Shown here: one piece after another, positions 11,204-22,218 of the stretch | How positions within the stretch are numbered: position 1 is the stretch's first letter | How the letters are laid out: each line of letters opens with the position of its first letter | NCBI GenBank assembly: GCA_010909165.1 | Contig: MU008162.1 | Span: 1,426,001-1,490,000 of the forward strand | Direction of reading: 5' to 3' | Origin: Anthoceros angustus | Lineage: Eukaryota > Plantae > Anthocerotophyta | DNA length: 64,000 bases | Translations under genes and position numbers: made by a program | The notes under the pieces: generated by a model | What the model was told of the DNA's origin: nothing | Seen by the model: only the letters and a program-made list of their open reading frames with translations | Databases searched by the model: none

Positions 11204-14200
11204 TCAGCTGGCACATTCGCTGTTTCGCCTCCTGGCACGCACATGCGTCCAAATGGTTGCTGCCGACAATTGCTCCCAAGGGGCCCCACCTTCGGCAGGC
11301 GAAGGTGCTCCTATCTCGTAAAGAGCTTGAGAGCTGTGGTCGTAAAAGAATCTGCACATGTAGGTCAGGGTGGCATGTCCTGAACAAGGTACGGTGCCAC
11401 AGGAGTGGTCAGGTTGCTGCATCCAGTGGTTGCTAGAGTAGGTCTGATTGCCAGCCTCTAACATGACGTTGACTTTCCTCAAAAGACAGCTGATCTGCAT
11501 GGGGTACCACGATTTCAAACCTGTTAGTGAGAAACTCGCACCTGATCGACCATTTGGACAAGTAGTAGGACGCGGCATTACCGGCAAATCTCTGAAGTCA
11601 TTTGACGCAAACAGTGCTCTTTTTTGGTCGCAACGGTACTTTGTTTCAGATGGCCAGAAAAACTTCCTGCATCTCATGTGAATTGGACTACAAACGGAAC
11701 TCGAAGAACCACCATTTCCCGCTCTGGTCATCACCTCCGACCACAAAGATTCAATGCGCACCACCTGCGACATTGCTTCTCGGTCTTCAGACAGACACAC
11801 CTGCGACGATGCAAAATTCTTAGAAATTTTGGCTGTGGCTGGTCGATCCTTGGAAGTTCACAGTCAGCAGCCAAAGCGCAAGATGAAATATCCACAACTT
11901 GCCACAAAGAAATCAAAATTGCAGCATTCAATCCGAGCTTTCCGGAACTCTAGCCAAGCCTTTCATACCTCCACAATATCACCGACGTAATACTCCACAA
12001 CATCCAATCTGCATGCTTCATAGAACAAGCTGTTCTTAAGAGATTCTCGACAAGTGTATGCATCTGAAAAGAAGCCTGCAATCTCCTGCATAAACTGTGG
12101 TACAGGGGCAGGTGAACTAAAACAACTTCCTATCCCCACACAGTGTGGCCTTTGAAGAGGCTGTGCAGAGACAGCATCAGTGACCGTGTTTTCTGCAACG
12201 ATGCGTTTGGATCTTTTCTTCCTCACCACAAGAAAATCAGTAGAGCATGCCACATCACGCAACTGCAGTGGATCACCCTTTGACTCTGGCAAGGGGAGAA
12301 GCCTGTGCGAGAGCAAACTTTGCACTAACCACTCTGCAGGCTGCACAACATAGCCTTGAGTAAGCTGTCTAGAGCCTTTGACATGTTTAGATTGCTTGGA
12401 CTGGGACACATTTAGCAAAGACTAGCATCACAAGGGTTGCAGAAGGGGAGCACAAACCACAATCGGCATGTTGAACTTCAAGGCCAAGGTTCTGTGTCTC
12501 TGAGGCAAGTCCTTAAGATCCTCAGCAATGAGGACATCCAACAAAATAGGTGCACTTCTGCTTGCTTGCTTTAAGCTCGTCAGAGTCTTCAGCACTCGTC
12601 CTCCACCATGCTGAACCAAGAGTCCATTCGACATTGTTATCTACCGCAGAAAAAACTCCCAATGCATGCCTGTTTGACTAACGGCGTACCTCAAGTAAAG
12701 CTGAGAGCCTCAAACGGAAGGACAATTGGCCATACAAGACAGCCCGCAGACCTTCAAGCATCGGTTTTCCAGATCTGTTAATGAGATTGCTCTTGCTTGG
12801 CAGGTTGAATCTGTGCTCATATCTGTCAACCGATTTAAGATGTTTTTCAATGACTCGGAATGTGCAAGCTCCCTAGCACAAGGATGCCACTGACCTGGTC
12901 CTTCCAAACACAAGGCAAAACAGTATTGAATGCAATTGAAGGTGAGGGGCTTACTCACTGTACGGCAGGCATTGACTTTTAGCTATTGAGGAAGATATCC
13001 AATCAGGCTTTAGAGGCGGGAAACCTACTGCACAGCCATACAAAAACTTGGATGTGCGGACCTGAGCCACACACGATATGACCCTGTTATTTAAGCCAGA
13101 TTGCGGGAGAGGATGATTAGGATTGAGAGAGGAGTTGAACCTGTTGCGGGGCAATCACAATTGGTGACCGGTTTTGGGCCCTTGATGTTAGCCTCAGCAT
13201 CTTTACTTGCAAAAAAGATGGTGGAGGAATTTCTTGTAGGACTGAACCGCCATGATCTTCAATCATTTGTTCAACCTCACTTTTTTCCTGAGGCTTGTAT
13301 CCCGTGAGGAGAAATTGAAGGCCTCTGAAAAGGTATCTAGACGAAACTGTATTGTTGAGCGTTCTTCTTGAAGAATCTTCAGGGCAAACTCCAGCTGCTC
13401 GGCCCTCTTGAGCTGAGAAATGCTTATCTAACCTTTCATACAACCGGTGAGCTCCATGCCATTTTTTTCGCCTCTGATCTTCTAGTCAGGAAACATACGA
13501 AACTTTGTCAGCTGCAACTTTATTATGAAAAGCTCTAGTCCATTCCCTGGGTTTGATTTCTATTAGTCAATAACTTCGACTTCCACAAAGACACTGATCA
13601 CCACGCTACTTCAACAAAGTCCACAAGTAGATTCATGCATCTGCTAAGATCAAAGATTCCTCAGCATACTCACAGGTTTTGACCTTCACTGCCATACAAG
13701 GCGGTGCCTGTCCAGGGGCCTGACTAGCTGGCAGATGTGCAGATGCAAGGTGATTTGCGCCTGAACATCCTGCATTGCAAACTGACTCAGAGTTGTTGTC
13801 AGTTGGGGAGTGTGTAGTCTGAGAATCCACAACTCTGCGAGAACGCAGATGAGCTATATTTTTGCCCAGCCATAGCAAAGGTGGAGAATCTGCACAGTTA
13901 TCATGCTGTGAGGAAGAACGACCCTCAGCTTCCTCCGTGCAGCCCATATTGGCTGGTCCTCCACTGAGCATGGTTGGACGCCTATTTTCACCCGAGGTAA
14001 GCTGTACAGTAGAGACAGATGCCTAGATGATTGAAAGTTGTAAGGCGAAGTGATCGAATTCTCTTTCTCTTGACCCCATTAACGCTACTATCTTTCTCTT
14101 TGCATTCTCTTGGGGACTGCATGGCCTGGGGAAAAACCATATCATGAGTGCAGGCAACGTTGGCAGCAGCAGTAGAATCCGAGCCATACTCGTAATTTGG

Positions 14201-17119
14201 GACACATCCGTGAAGTGTACTAATGGGATTGGCTATGCTGAAAGGCACAGAAGAACATACCAGATCTTTTGCACATATAGTGGGCGTGACACTGAGCATT
14301 CATGGAATGGTCGGAGATTCATCTCGGCACTAGAGTCGACCACATTTGGTCTCCTAGTTTCTGGAATCCCTGCCTTCTCTCCAGCCAATCCCCAGTCCAG
14401 ATCTCGTCCTGAAAATGTACCTCGACACACTATGTCACCTGACTCTGTTAGATTGCTGTATTCCAGCTGAACTTTCTTTGGAACTCGTCCTAGGACTCTT
14501 GGCATATCGCCTACTTGTCCCAGTTCCTGATAATAGCCAAAAGCGGCGGTTGCTCTTGTCAGATGGATGCGATGCATTAAAATGCTCCTGAACAGCTACA
14601 CAAAACTACAACATGGCAGAAGGCCTATCGGTAAAGTACAAGCCCTAGTATCGGTCTATGTACAAAATGGATTTAAGCTCCCATGGCCAATTATCCGCCG
14701 GTTACCTCAAGCAGAGTCTGCTTCCAGGGTATGGAGGATGCAGTGCCCTTCCCAGAAGCAGCCTGTTCACCCTACGAATTTGGTCCATCAGCAGATGGAT
14801 GCGATGCATAAAACGCTCCTGAACCGCTAGACAAAACTAGAACAAGCCAGAAGGCCCATCGGTAAAAAGTACAAGCCCTAGCATGAGCTATATTTTTGCC
14901 CAGCCATAGCAAAGGTGGAGAATCTGCACAGTTATCATGCTGTGAGGAAGAACGACCCTCAGCTTCCTCCGTGCAGCCCATATTGGCTGGTCCTCCACTG
15001 AGCATGGTTGGACGCCTATTTTCACCCGAGGTAAGCTGTACAGTAGAGAGACAGATGTCGAGATGATTGAAAGTTGTGCTGTAAGGCCGAAGTGATCGAA
15101 TTCTCTTTCTCTTGACCCCATTAACGCTACTATCTTTCTCTTTGCATTCTCTTGGGGACTGCATGGCCTGGGGAAAAACCATATCATGAGTGCAGGCAAC
15201 GTTGGCAGCAGCAGTAGAATCCGAGCCATACTCATGTAATTGGGACATCCGTGAAGTGTGCTAATGGGATTGGCTATGCTGAAAGGCACAGAAGAACATA
15301 CCAGATCTTTTGCACATATAGTGGAGCGTGACACTGAGCATTGCGATGGAATGGTCGGGAGATTCATCTCGGCACTAGAGTCGACCACATTTGGTCTCCT
15401 AGTTTCTGGAATCCCTGCCTTCTCTCCAGCCAATCCCCTACAGTCCAGATCTCGTCCTGAAAATGTACCTCGACACACTATGTCACCTGACTCTGTTAGA
15501 TTGCTGTATTCCAGCTGAACTTTCTTTGGAACTCGTCCTAGGACTCTTGGCATATCGCCTACTTGTCCCAGTTCCTGATAATAGCCAAAAGCGGCGGTTG
15601 CTCTTGTCAGATGGATGCGATGCATTAAAATGCTCCTGAACAGCTACACAAAACTACAACATGGCAGAAGGCCTATCGGTAAAGTACAAGCCCTAGTATC
15701 GGTCTATGTACAAATGGATTTACAAGCTCACAAGCGAATTATCCGGCCGGTTACCTCAAGCAGAGTCTGCTTCCAGGGTATGGAGGATGCAGTGCCCTTC
15801 CCAGAAGCAGCCTGTTCACCCCTACGAAGATTTGGTCCATCAGCAGATGGATGCGATGCATAAAAACGCTCCTGAACCGCTAGACAAAACTAGAACAAGC
15901 CAGAAGGCCCATCGGTAAAAGTACAAGCCCTAGTATCGGTCTATGTTCAATCGCATTACAAGCTCACAAGCGAATTATGTATCTGGCCGGTTACCTCAAG
16001 CAGAGTCTGCTTCCAGGGTATGGAGGATGCAGTGCCCTTCCCAGAAGCAGCCTGTTCACCCCTACGAAGGTTTGGTACATCAGCAGATGGATGCGGAGCA
16101 TAAAAACGTTCCTGAACAGCTAGACAAAACTACAACATGGCAGAAGGCCTATCGGTAAAAGTGCAAGCCCTATAAGGTATCGGTCTATGTTCAATTGAAT
16201 TCCAAGCTCACAAGCGAATTATCTGGCCAGTTACCTCAAGCAGAGTCTGCTTCCAGGATATGGAGGATGCAGTGCCCTTCCCAGAAGCAGCCTGTCCACC
16301 CCTACAAAGGTTTGGTCCATCAGCAACCGTATCGTTAAGACTAGGTTTGGACATCCGGCCACAGTCCTCCGGTGAGGGCCAACATAATCCTGCAGCAGAC
16401 CTAGCATGGAAGGTCTCAGTCTGACCTCTGGCATCCACAACACCGACAGAGACCTCAGGAGGAACAACAACCGAAGCCTCGACATCACCCAGCCGTTTCC
16501 TGTCTTCGTCCTCCCCGATCCCGCCAGCGACACAGAGTCCAACATCAACAACCGCTGCATTCGTAACAGAGTCTTCCAGATCCGCCATACAAGTCTCATC
16601 CTTCGAGCCAGGTGTGTCTTCCAACGTAAACAGAAACTTATCCAGACCAAGTTTTCTACGTGCACACTTCAGCTGATACGCGGCCTCCAGAATTGCAGCT
16701 CTCGAAAGCGTATTTTCCGTCAGCTCCGCGACCACAGCTCCATCTTCAGCAGCCACCAGAAAGTCCACTATAACCTCCTCCTCCAAAGCAAGCAGTTCAG
16801 AACTGGCCCTTGCCCTCTTGATCCTCACGATCTTACTCTCGGCTCTGGCAGCGCCATCAGATATCTCAGCAGCAAGGGTCTCATCTGAGGACAGAGGCCA
16901 CAGCCCCTGCTGAGATTTCACAGCCGAGGCGCCGCCACGGTGCCAGCTAGGCGGCACGTACGGTTCTGTAGAGGGCGTGTTGACAGAGTCCTTCATCTTC
17001 CCTGCAAGCGAGCAACTTCCGTAAGGCAAATTGAGACCCGAATTTGGGACTTGCTGTCCGAGACGATCATCAACCGCTGTCTCCATACGAAAATCACGTC
17101 CTCCCTGCACCACGTTCAT
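11204..17119 (-). CDS. Multi-exon gene: long disordered N-terminus, tandem BRCT repeats, C-terminal BAH-like domain
   Basis: 3' exons with consistent GT-AG phases: (>=13440)-13141, 13061-12955, 12822-12690, 12610-12458, 12340-11969, 11800-11582, 11494-11204. BRCT1: LFRGLQFLLTGY..IEDHGGSVL..RTSKFLYGCAVG..LKPDWISSS. BRCT2: LEGLRAVLYG..LLEHGGGRV..MPIVPAEWLVQSL. BAH: FYEACRLDVVEYYVGDIVEV..VVRIESLWSE..FFWPSET..LFASNDFRDLPISCLLRKVNV..YMCRFFYDH. 5' exon 17119-16235 and an exon from 15574. The middle is broken by duplications and indels. Confidence 0.8.
13849..15933. repeat. ~1.04 kb tandem duplication inside the BRCT-BAH gene (13849-14882 / 14883-15933)
   Basis: Both copies start ATGAGCTATATTTTTGCCCAGCC and end GTACAAGCCCTAG. 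They differ mainly by 1-6 nt indels. Confidence 0.9.
15608..16325. repeat. ~240-bp tandem repeat x3, each unit carrying an exon end and splice donor
   Basis: TTACCTCAAGCAGAGTCTGC at 15751, 15991 and 16231 (period 240). Copies differ largely by substitutions. Confidence 0.9.
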
Positions 17120-19655
17120 AGCTGTCTACGCGCTGGACAATAATTCACACACAACAACTCATATCCACGTCCATATCCCACTCAGCTATTGAGCCGCAAA
17201 GCACATACAGTCCAGGCCCGAATGATCTAAGCCTGAATCGATTCGTCACCTCTCGTAGGCTCGGGTTGCAAGCCCCTACTGCCGAGTCACTTCACAATCC
17301 AAAAAGGCGGGAACCTTCAACCAATGACCCTCGGATGACTTGGCACTCCAAGCGATTACATGCATCGAAACATACCTACGTCAGAAGCAGGGAGGTTCGT
17401 CCTATTTAACCCCAGAAGGCCGGCTGCCTTTTGCTCCATTTTGGCATTTTGCTGTTATTATGAATTACTAATTATAAGAAAATCTGACGCAATGTTCTTC
17501 ACACCACAATTACCGTGATGACCTCCTCTTTCCAACCATATGTTCAGAAAAAGCACCACCGCTCAGTGAACATGCACAAATTTCCATAGCCAGTGCGATC
17601 CACCTTGGGCACCAACATGAGGTGAGCATCTTTCTTTACCTACCAATGTGTACATATTTGCTCGTTGAGCAAACTACACTACCAGATTCCCACATTCGAA
17701 CAAGCTCATAAAATTTAGGATGAATCGAGTTTCTTTCATTGACCAAAACAATTTTCAACAATCAAATCCAACATCAAACGGTCCAAAACTAGTGAACCCC
17801 TTAGCGCCCAGATTCGGTGTGCAGCGTGCACCCGACCCGCGTCATCCCCCATTACCGGCCATCCGTTCGCAACCGCCTATAGCGCCCTCTCACCCACCCC
17901 AAAGCGGGTGGCGTCGTCCACCACCACCAGTTGCCTCTTCTCTCTGTCCTCCATTGCGGCCCCTCTCAATCCACGGACTCCGCCCGCCTTGCAAGCCGGA
18001 AACATAAAACGACTTGCCTTACCTCAATCTTGATGGATGCACGACTACGGAGGAAACAAAGCATGTGACCTTCCGCCAGCGCGCCCGCCCCATCGTGTGG
18101 CGCATGGTCGGACAATCAAGTCACACACCTCTAGAACTTGGAACACGCCCTCATCCGTCAGTTGAAATCCGAGATAGCACACAAAGTGCTCGATTCATTA
18201 TGAGCGAAGGCTTTGTCTTGGCATCAAGAAGTTTGCCCCATCGACATCCCTTACTGTGCTCATGTTTCCCACAAGATGGGAAGGAGTCACCACGGTGCCA
18301 GCTAGGCGGCACGTACGGTTCTGTAGAGGGCGTGTTGACAGAGTCCTTCATCTTCCCTGCAAGCGAGCAACTTCCGTAAGGCAAATTGAGACCCGAATTT
18401 GGGACTTGCTGTCCGAGACGATCATCAACCGCTGTCTCCATACGAAAATCACGTCCTCCCTGCACCACGTTCATAGCTGTCTACGCGCTGGACAATAATT
18501 CACACACAACAACTCATATCACGTCCACATATCCCACTCAGCTATTGAGCCGCAAAGCACGTACATACAGTCCAGGCCCGAATGATCTAAGCCTGAATCG
18601 ATTCGTCACCTCTCGTAGGCTCGGGTTGCAAGCCCCTACTGCCGAGTCACTTCACAATCCAAAAAGGCGGGAACCTTCAACCAATGACCCTCGGATGACT
18701 TGGCACTCCAAGCGATTACATGCATCGAAACATACCTACGTCAGAAGCAGGGAGGTTCGTCCTATTTAACCCCAGAAGGCCGGCTGCCTTTTTGCTCCAT
18801 TTTTGGCATTTTTGCTGTTATTATGAATTACTAATTATAAGAAAATCTGACCGCAATGTTCTTCACACCACAATTACCGTGATGACCTCCTCTTTCCAAC
18901 CATATGTTCAGAAAAAAGCACCACCCGCTCAGTGAACATGCACAAATTTCCATAGCCAGTGCGATCCACCTTGGGCACCAACATGAGGTGAGCATCTTTC
19001 TTTACCTACCAATGTGTACATATTTGCTCGTTGAGCAAACTACACTACCAGATTCCCCACATTCAGAACAACAAGCTCGCAAAATTTAGGATGAATCCGA
19101 GTTTCTTTCATTGACCAAAACAATTTTCAACAATCAAATCCAACATCAAACCAAACAAAACTAGTGAACCCCTTAGCAGGGCCCGTGGTGCACCCGACCC
19201 GCACGCATCTGTCTTGCGGCCATCCGTTCGCAACCGCCTATAGCGTGCCCTCTCACCCACCCCAAAGCGGTGGCCACCCACCACCACCAACGGCCTCTTC
19301 TCTCCTGTCCTCCATTGCGGCCCCTCTCAATCCACGGACTCCCCGCCTTGCAAGCCGGAAACATAAAAAGCGAGCCTTACCTCAATCTTGGATCGACACT
19401 ACGGAGGAAACAAACAAAGCATGTGACCTTCCGCCATACGCGCGCCCCCATCGTGTGGCATGGTCGGACAATCAAGTCACACACCTCTAGAACTTGGAAC
19501 ACGCCCTCATCCGTCAGGTTGAAATCCAGATAGCACACAAAGTGCTCGATTACATAGAGCGAAGGCTTTGTCTTGGCATCCAAAGAAGTTTGCCCCATCG
19601 ACATCCTTCTGCACAATGCTCATGTTTCCCAAGATGGGAAGGAGTCACCACCACG
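16934..19655. repeat. ~1.36 kb tandem duplication covering the start and upstream region of the BRCT-BAH gene
   Basis: CCACGGTGCCAGCTAGGCGGC at about 16935 and 18290. Both copies end ...GGGAAGGAGTCACCAC. CCACG microhomology at the junction. Homopolymer-length differences between copies. Confidence 0.9.
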
Positions 19656-21149
19656 TTCCTCGACACTTCCTGCGGACGATACAGATGCACATGTGAAAGG
19701 GCTCCCCACCACCCAACTGCATTAAAGTCCAATCCCCGAACCGCGGCGTAATTTAGCTCCCTCTCTATCACCCGGAGATTGCCAATTCTCCTTTCCTTCT
19801 CGGAAGAATTTCGTTACCAAATGCCGCCTTCTCACAACTACAATGTCGAGGCTCAAAGGCGAGGCTCAAAACCATGGTAGCCGGCATTCCAATCTCGATC
19901 AAGCTCGCCGTCGAAATCCTCCACGCTCCTTATCGCGGCGAGGACTATCGCGATGCTACCGGCTCGCTGCGCTCTAGCATCCCCCGCTGTGCATGGCATC
20001 CACCCCACCTCCTCCGATTCCCACCGCATGAGTCTCCTTCTCCTTCTCCCTCAAGGCATGCGGACCACCATCGTGATTGTCAAGCTTGCAAAAAACAAAT
20101 TCCTTGTGCATACCAACCAATCCTTCAACCTCTACTAGCTCGGTACCCACTTCCCATGCACCGGCCTCCAAAGAAGGCATACGCAACTGCCCATCCACGT
20201 ATGCTGACACGCCGAGTCCGTCTTTGTGGACGTGCAGGGCTCTCCACTCCCGGCCATCCCACTGGAGTCGCCCAGCCATCCTTGTTTCCGAGGCGCCCTC
20301 CTCCTTACCTCGTTCCTCAACCCCCCCGTGCGATGTCGATCGGCGGATGTCTCCCATCACGCGATGAGGCCATCATCATCGGTGTTGAGCGAGACACGGC
20401 CCCGCCTCCATGCGGGTCTCTTCTTTGGAGGCGGATGTCCGGTAAAGTGATCAAGCTCGCCGCCTGCATCGCTGTAGTCTGCCTCCGTCATCCTCCTCCA
20501 CCTCAGCGGGAAACCGGTCCCCACACTTGACCATCAAATTATGCCTGGCTCAATATCCAACAAGGCGGTGAGCGATCCCATACAAGCATTGAACAGGGCT
20601 GCACAACGAAGAACACCATATTCCGATGCACCCACAAGCTCTCTATTTTGCTGACTATTGTTGTTGGCCTGGGAGAATCCGCCACATCGTTCACACACTG
20701 ACACATAAAGAATAAAGTGCTCGAAACCACTCTTGGAAAGCACAAGCGAGAAGGAAAGCAAAATAGGCAGTTGTGAGGAGGAGGCCTCGGCGTTCTCCTC
20801 TTATGCTTGTGGGTGAGTCCCTTCCCGCCTCTCCCATGTCCAAATGCCCGCGCTTGCAATCAATTTTGACGCACTGCCCCATGCGTTCTACCCATATTCA
20901 GTGGGATTTTGGTCGCTCTGCGGTAGGTTACCATGATTGCTTCTTCCCAGAGCTTGTAGCAGATGTAGATGCCCTCCATCTGCCTTTGTGGGGATAGGTT
21001 GTTTTGGTGTTACCGTGCAAATCACGAGTGTAGACAGTTTCTGGAATTGTGAACAAAATTGCACCTAGAACATGCTCCATGCGCCACTCCGGGAGTGTAC
21101 ATTGGAGGGCTTGGGGGCTTGCAAAACAAGGAACTAGCTCAGAATCGCA

Positions 21150-21900
21150 CTATGTTTGTTGCTTGCGTCTTCCTCCGTGCAATTTCACAAAACAAGCGCC
21201 ATCACACACAGGAACCTCGCAAACAGGACACCACCGGCGCATCCTCTTGGAGCAAACTTTGCATCTACGTTGAGCGTTTTGCATACTGAAGCTGTAATGC
21301 ACTACCTTCGATTCGGCATCAGGTTGCAGAGTCTCGCTCCTGTTCTGCACACCGCCCCCACTTCTGCAAAGCATTCGCACTTCAGCTTGAAACGATCGAC
21401 AAATAAGCTTACGCATTCGACATTTCCTTGTACAAGTTATCTACGTCGTTCGCGAGCCGTGTCGTAAAGGAAGAATTGCAGCCTCTGATACCAACGATGG
21501 CTTTTCAATTGCGTGCTGTAAAACCCGCCTCGAAGCTAATCAGCAACGTCGACACCTCGCATGTCTTCTTGGTAGTGAGCCACTATCGCCGAAGTCTTCA
21601 CATTCACCCGCTTCTGGTCTGGTTGGGACCAACGCGAAATGACACAGGTCTCGCCATTTTCAGCTGTTGGTTGAACCCCGGTGGAAAGGAGGTTGACCAA
21701 ACGGTTGTCCCACCATGAGACAGTTGCAATTTTTCTCGATGCATGCACACGTCAATAGAGTTCTCCACGCACCCTATGCCATCGCAAAGCAGCTCCATTG
21801 TGTCCCAAAGATTCGGGCCATCCCTTACGATTTGTGCAACAAGTCCTGTGGCATAAATCTTGGAATCCAACAAGCGAAGTAGCAGGTTGGGCACCTTCCA
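21150..21900 (-). mobile_element. piggyBac transposase relic (C-terminal half)
   Basis: Fragments LLLRLLDSKIYATG, SWWDNRLVNLLST, IVAHYQEDMRGVDVAD(Q) (the GGVD..DQ third catalytic-Asp motif), KSHRWYQRL and the terminal Cys-rich domain CKVCSKRMRRWCPVCEVPVCDGACFVKLH. Frameshifted. The 5' half and TIRs were not found. Confidence 0.85.
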
Positions 21901-22218
21901 AGAGTCCGATGACGACGCGTTCTCACAACCCCGCTTGCGATGACTCGGCACCACCAGACTCTGAAGCCTCCACTAATGACCACCCGAAGAGAGAGTACGC
22001 TTGCTTGGTCGATGTTGTTGCCATCGCCGCGACCGATGGGGTTGAGGAACCGCTCCCTTGCCGCCCGACTTGGTGCTACTTCCTCCCTCACGATCCGTCA
22101 GTCTACCGTGCTTACCGGAGTTCTCACGTTGAGCCGTCGCCTCTCACGTGGCATAAATCTTGAATCCAACAAGCGGAAGTTGGTGTTGGGCAGTCCAGAG
22201 TAATGGCGTTACGCGTTA

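Noticed and set aside
18151-18474. Second BRCT-gene start as an independent paralog
   Set aside because: Only about 60 codons are copied by the 1.36-kb tandem duplication, and the frame then runs into unrelated upstream sequence.
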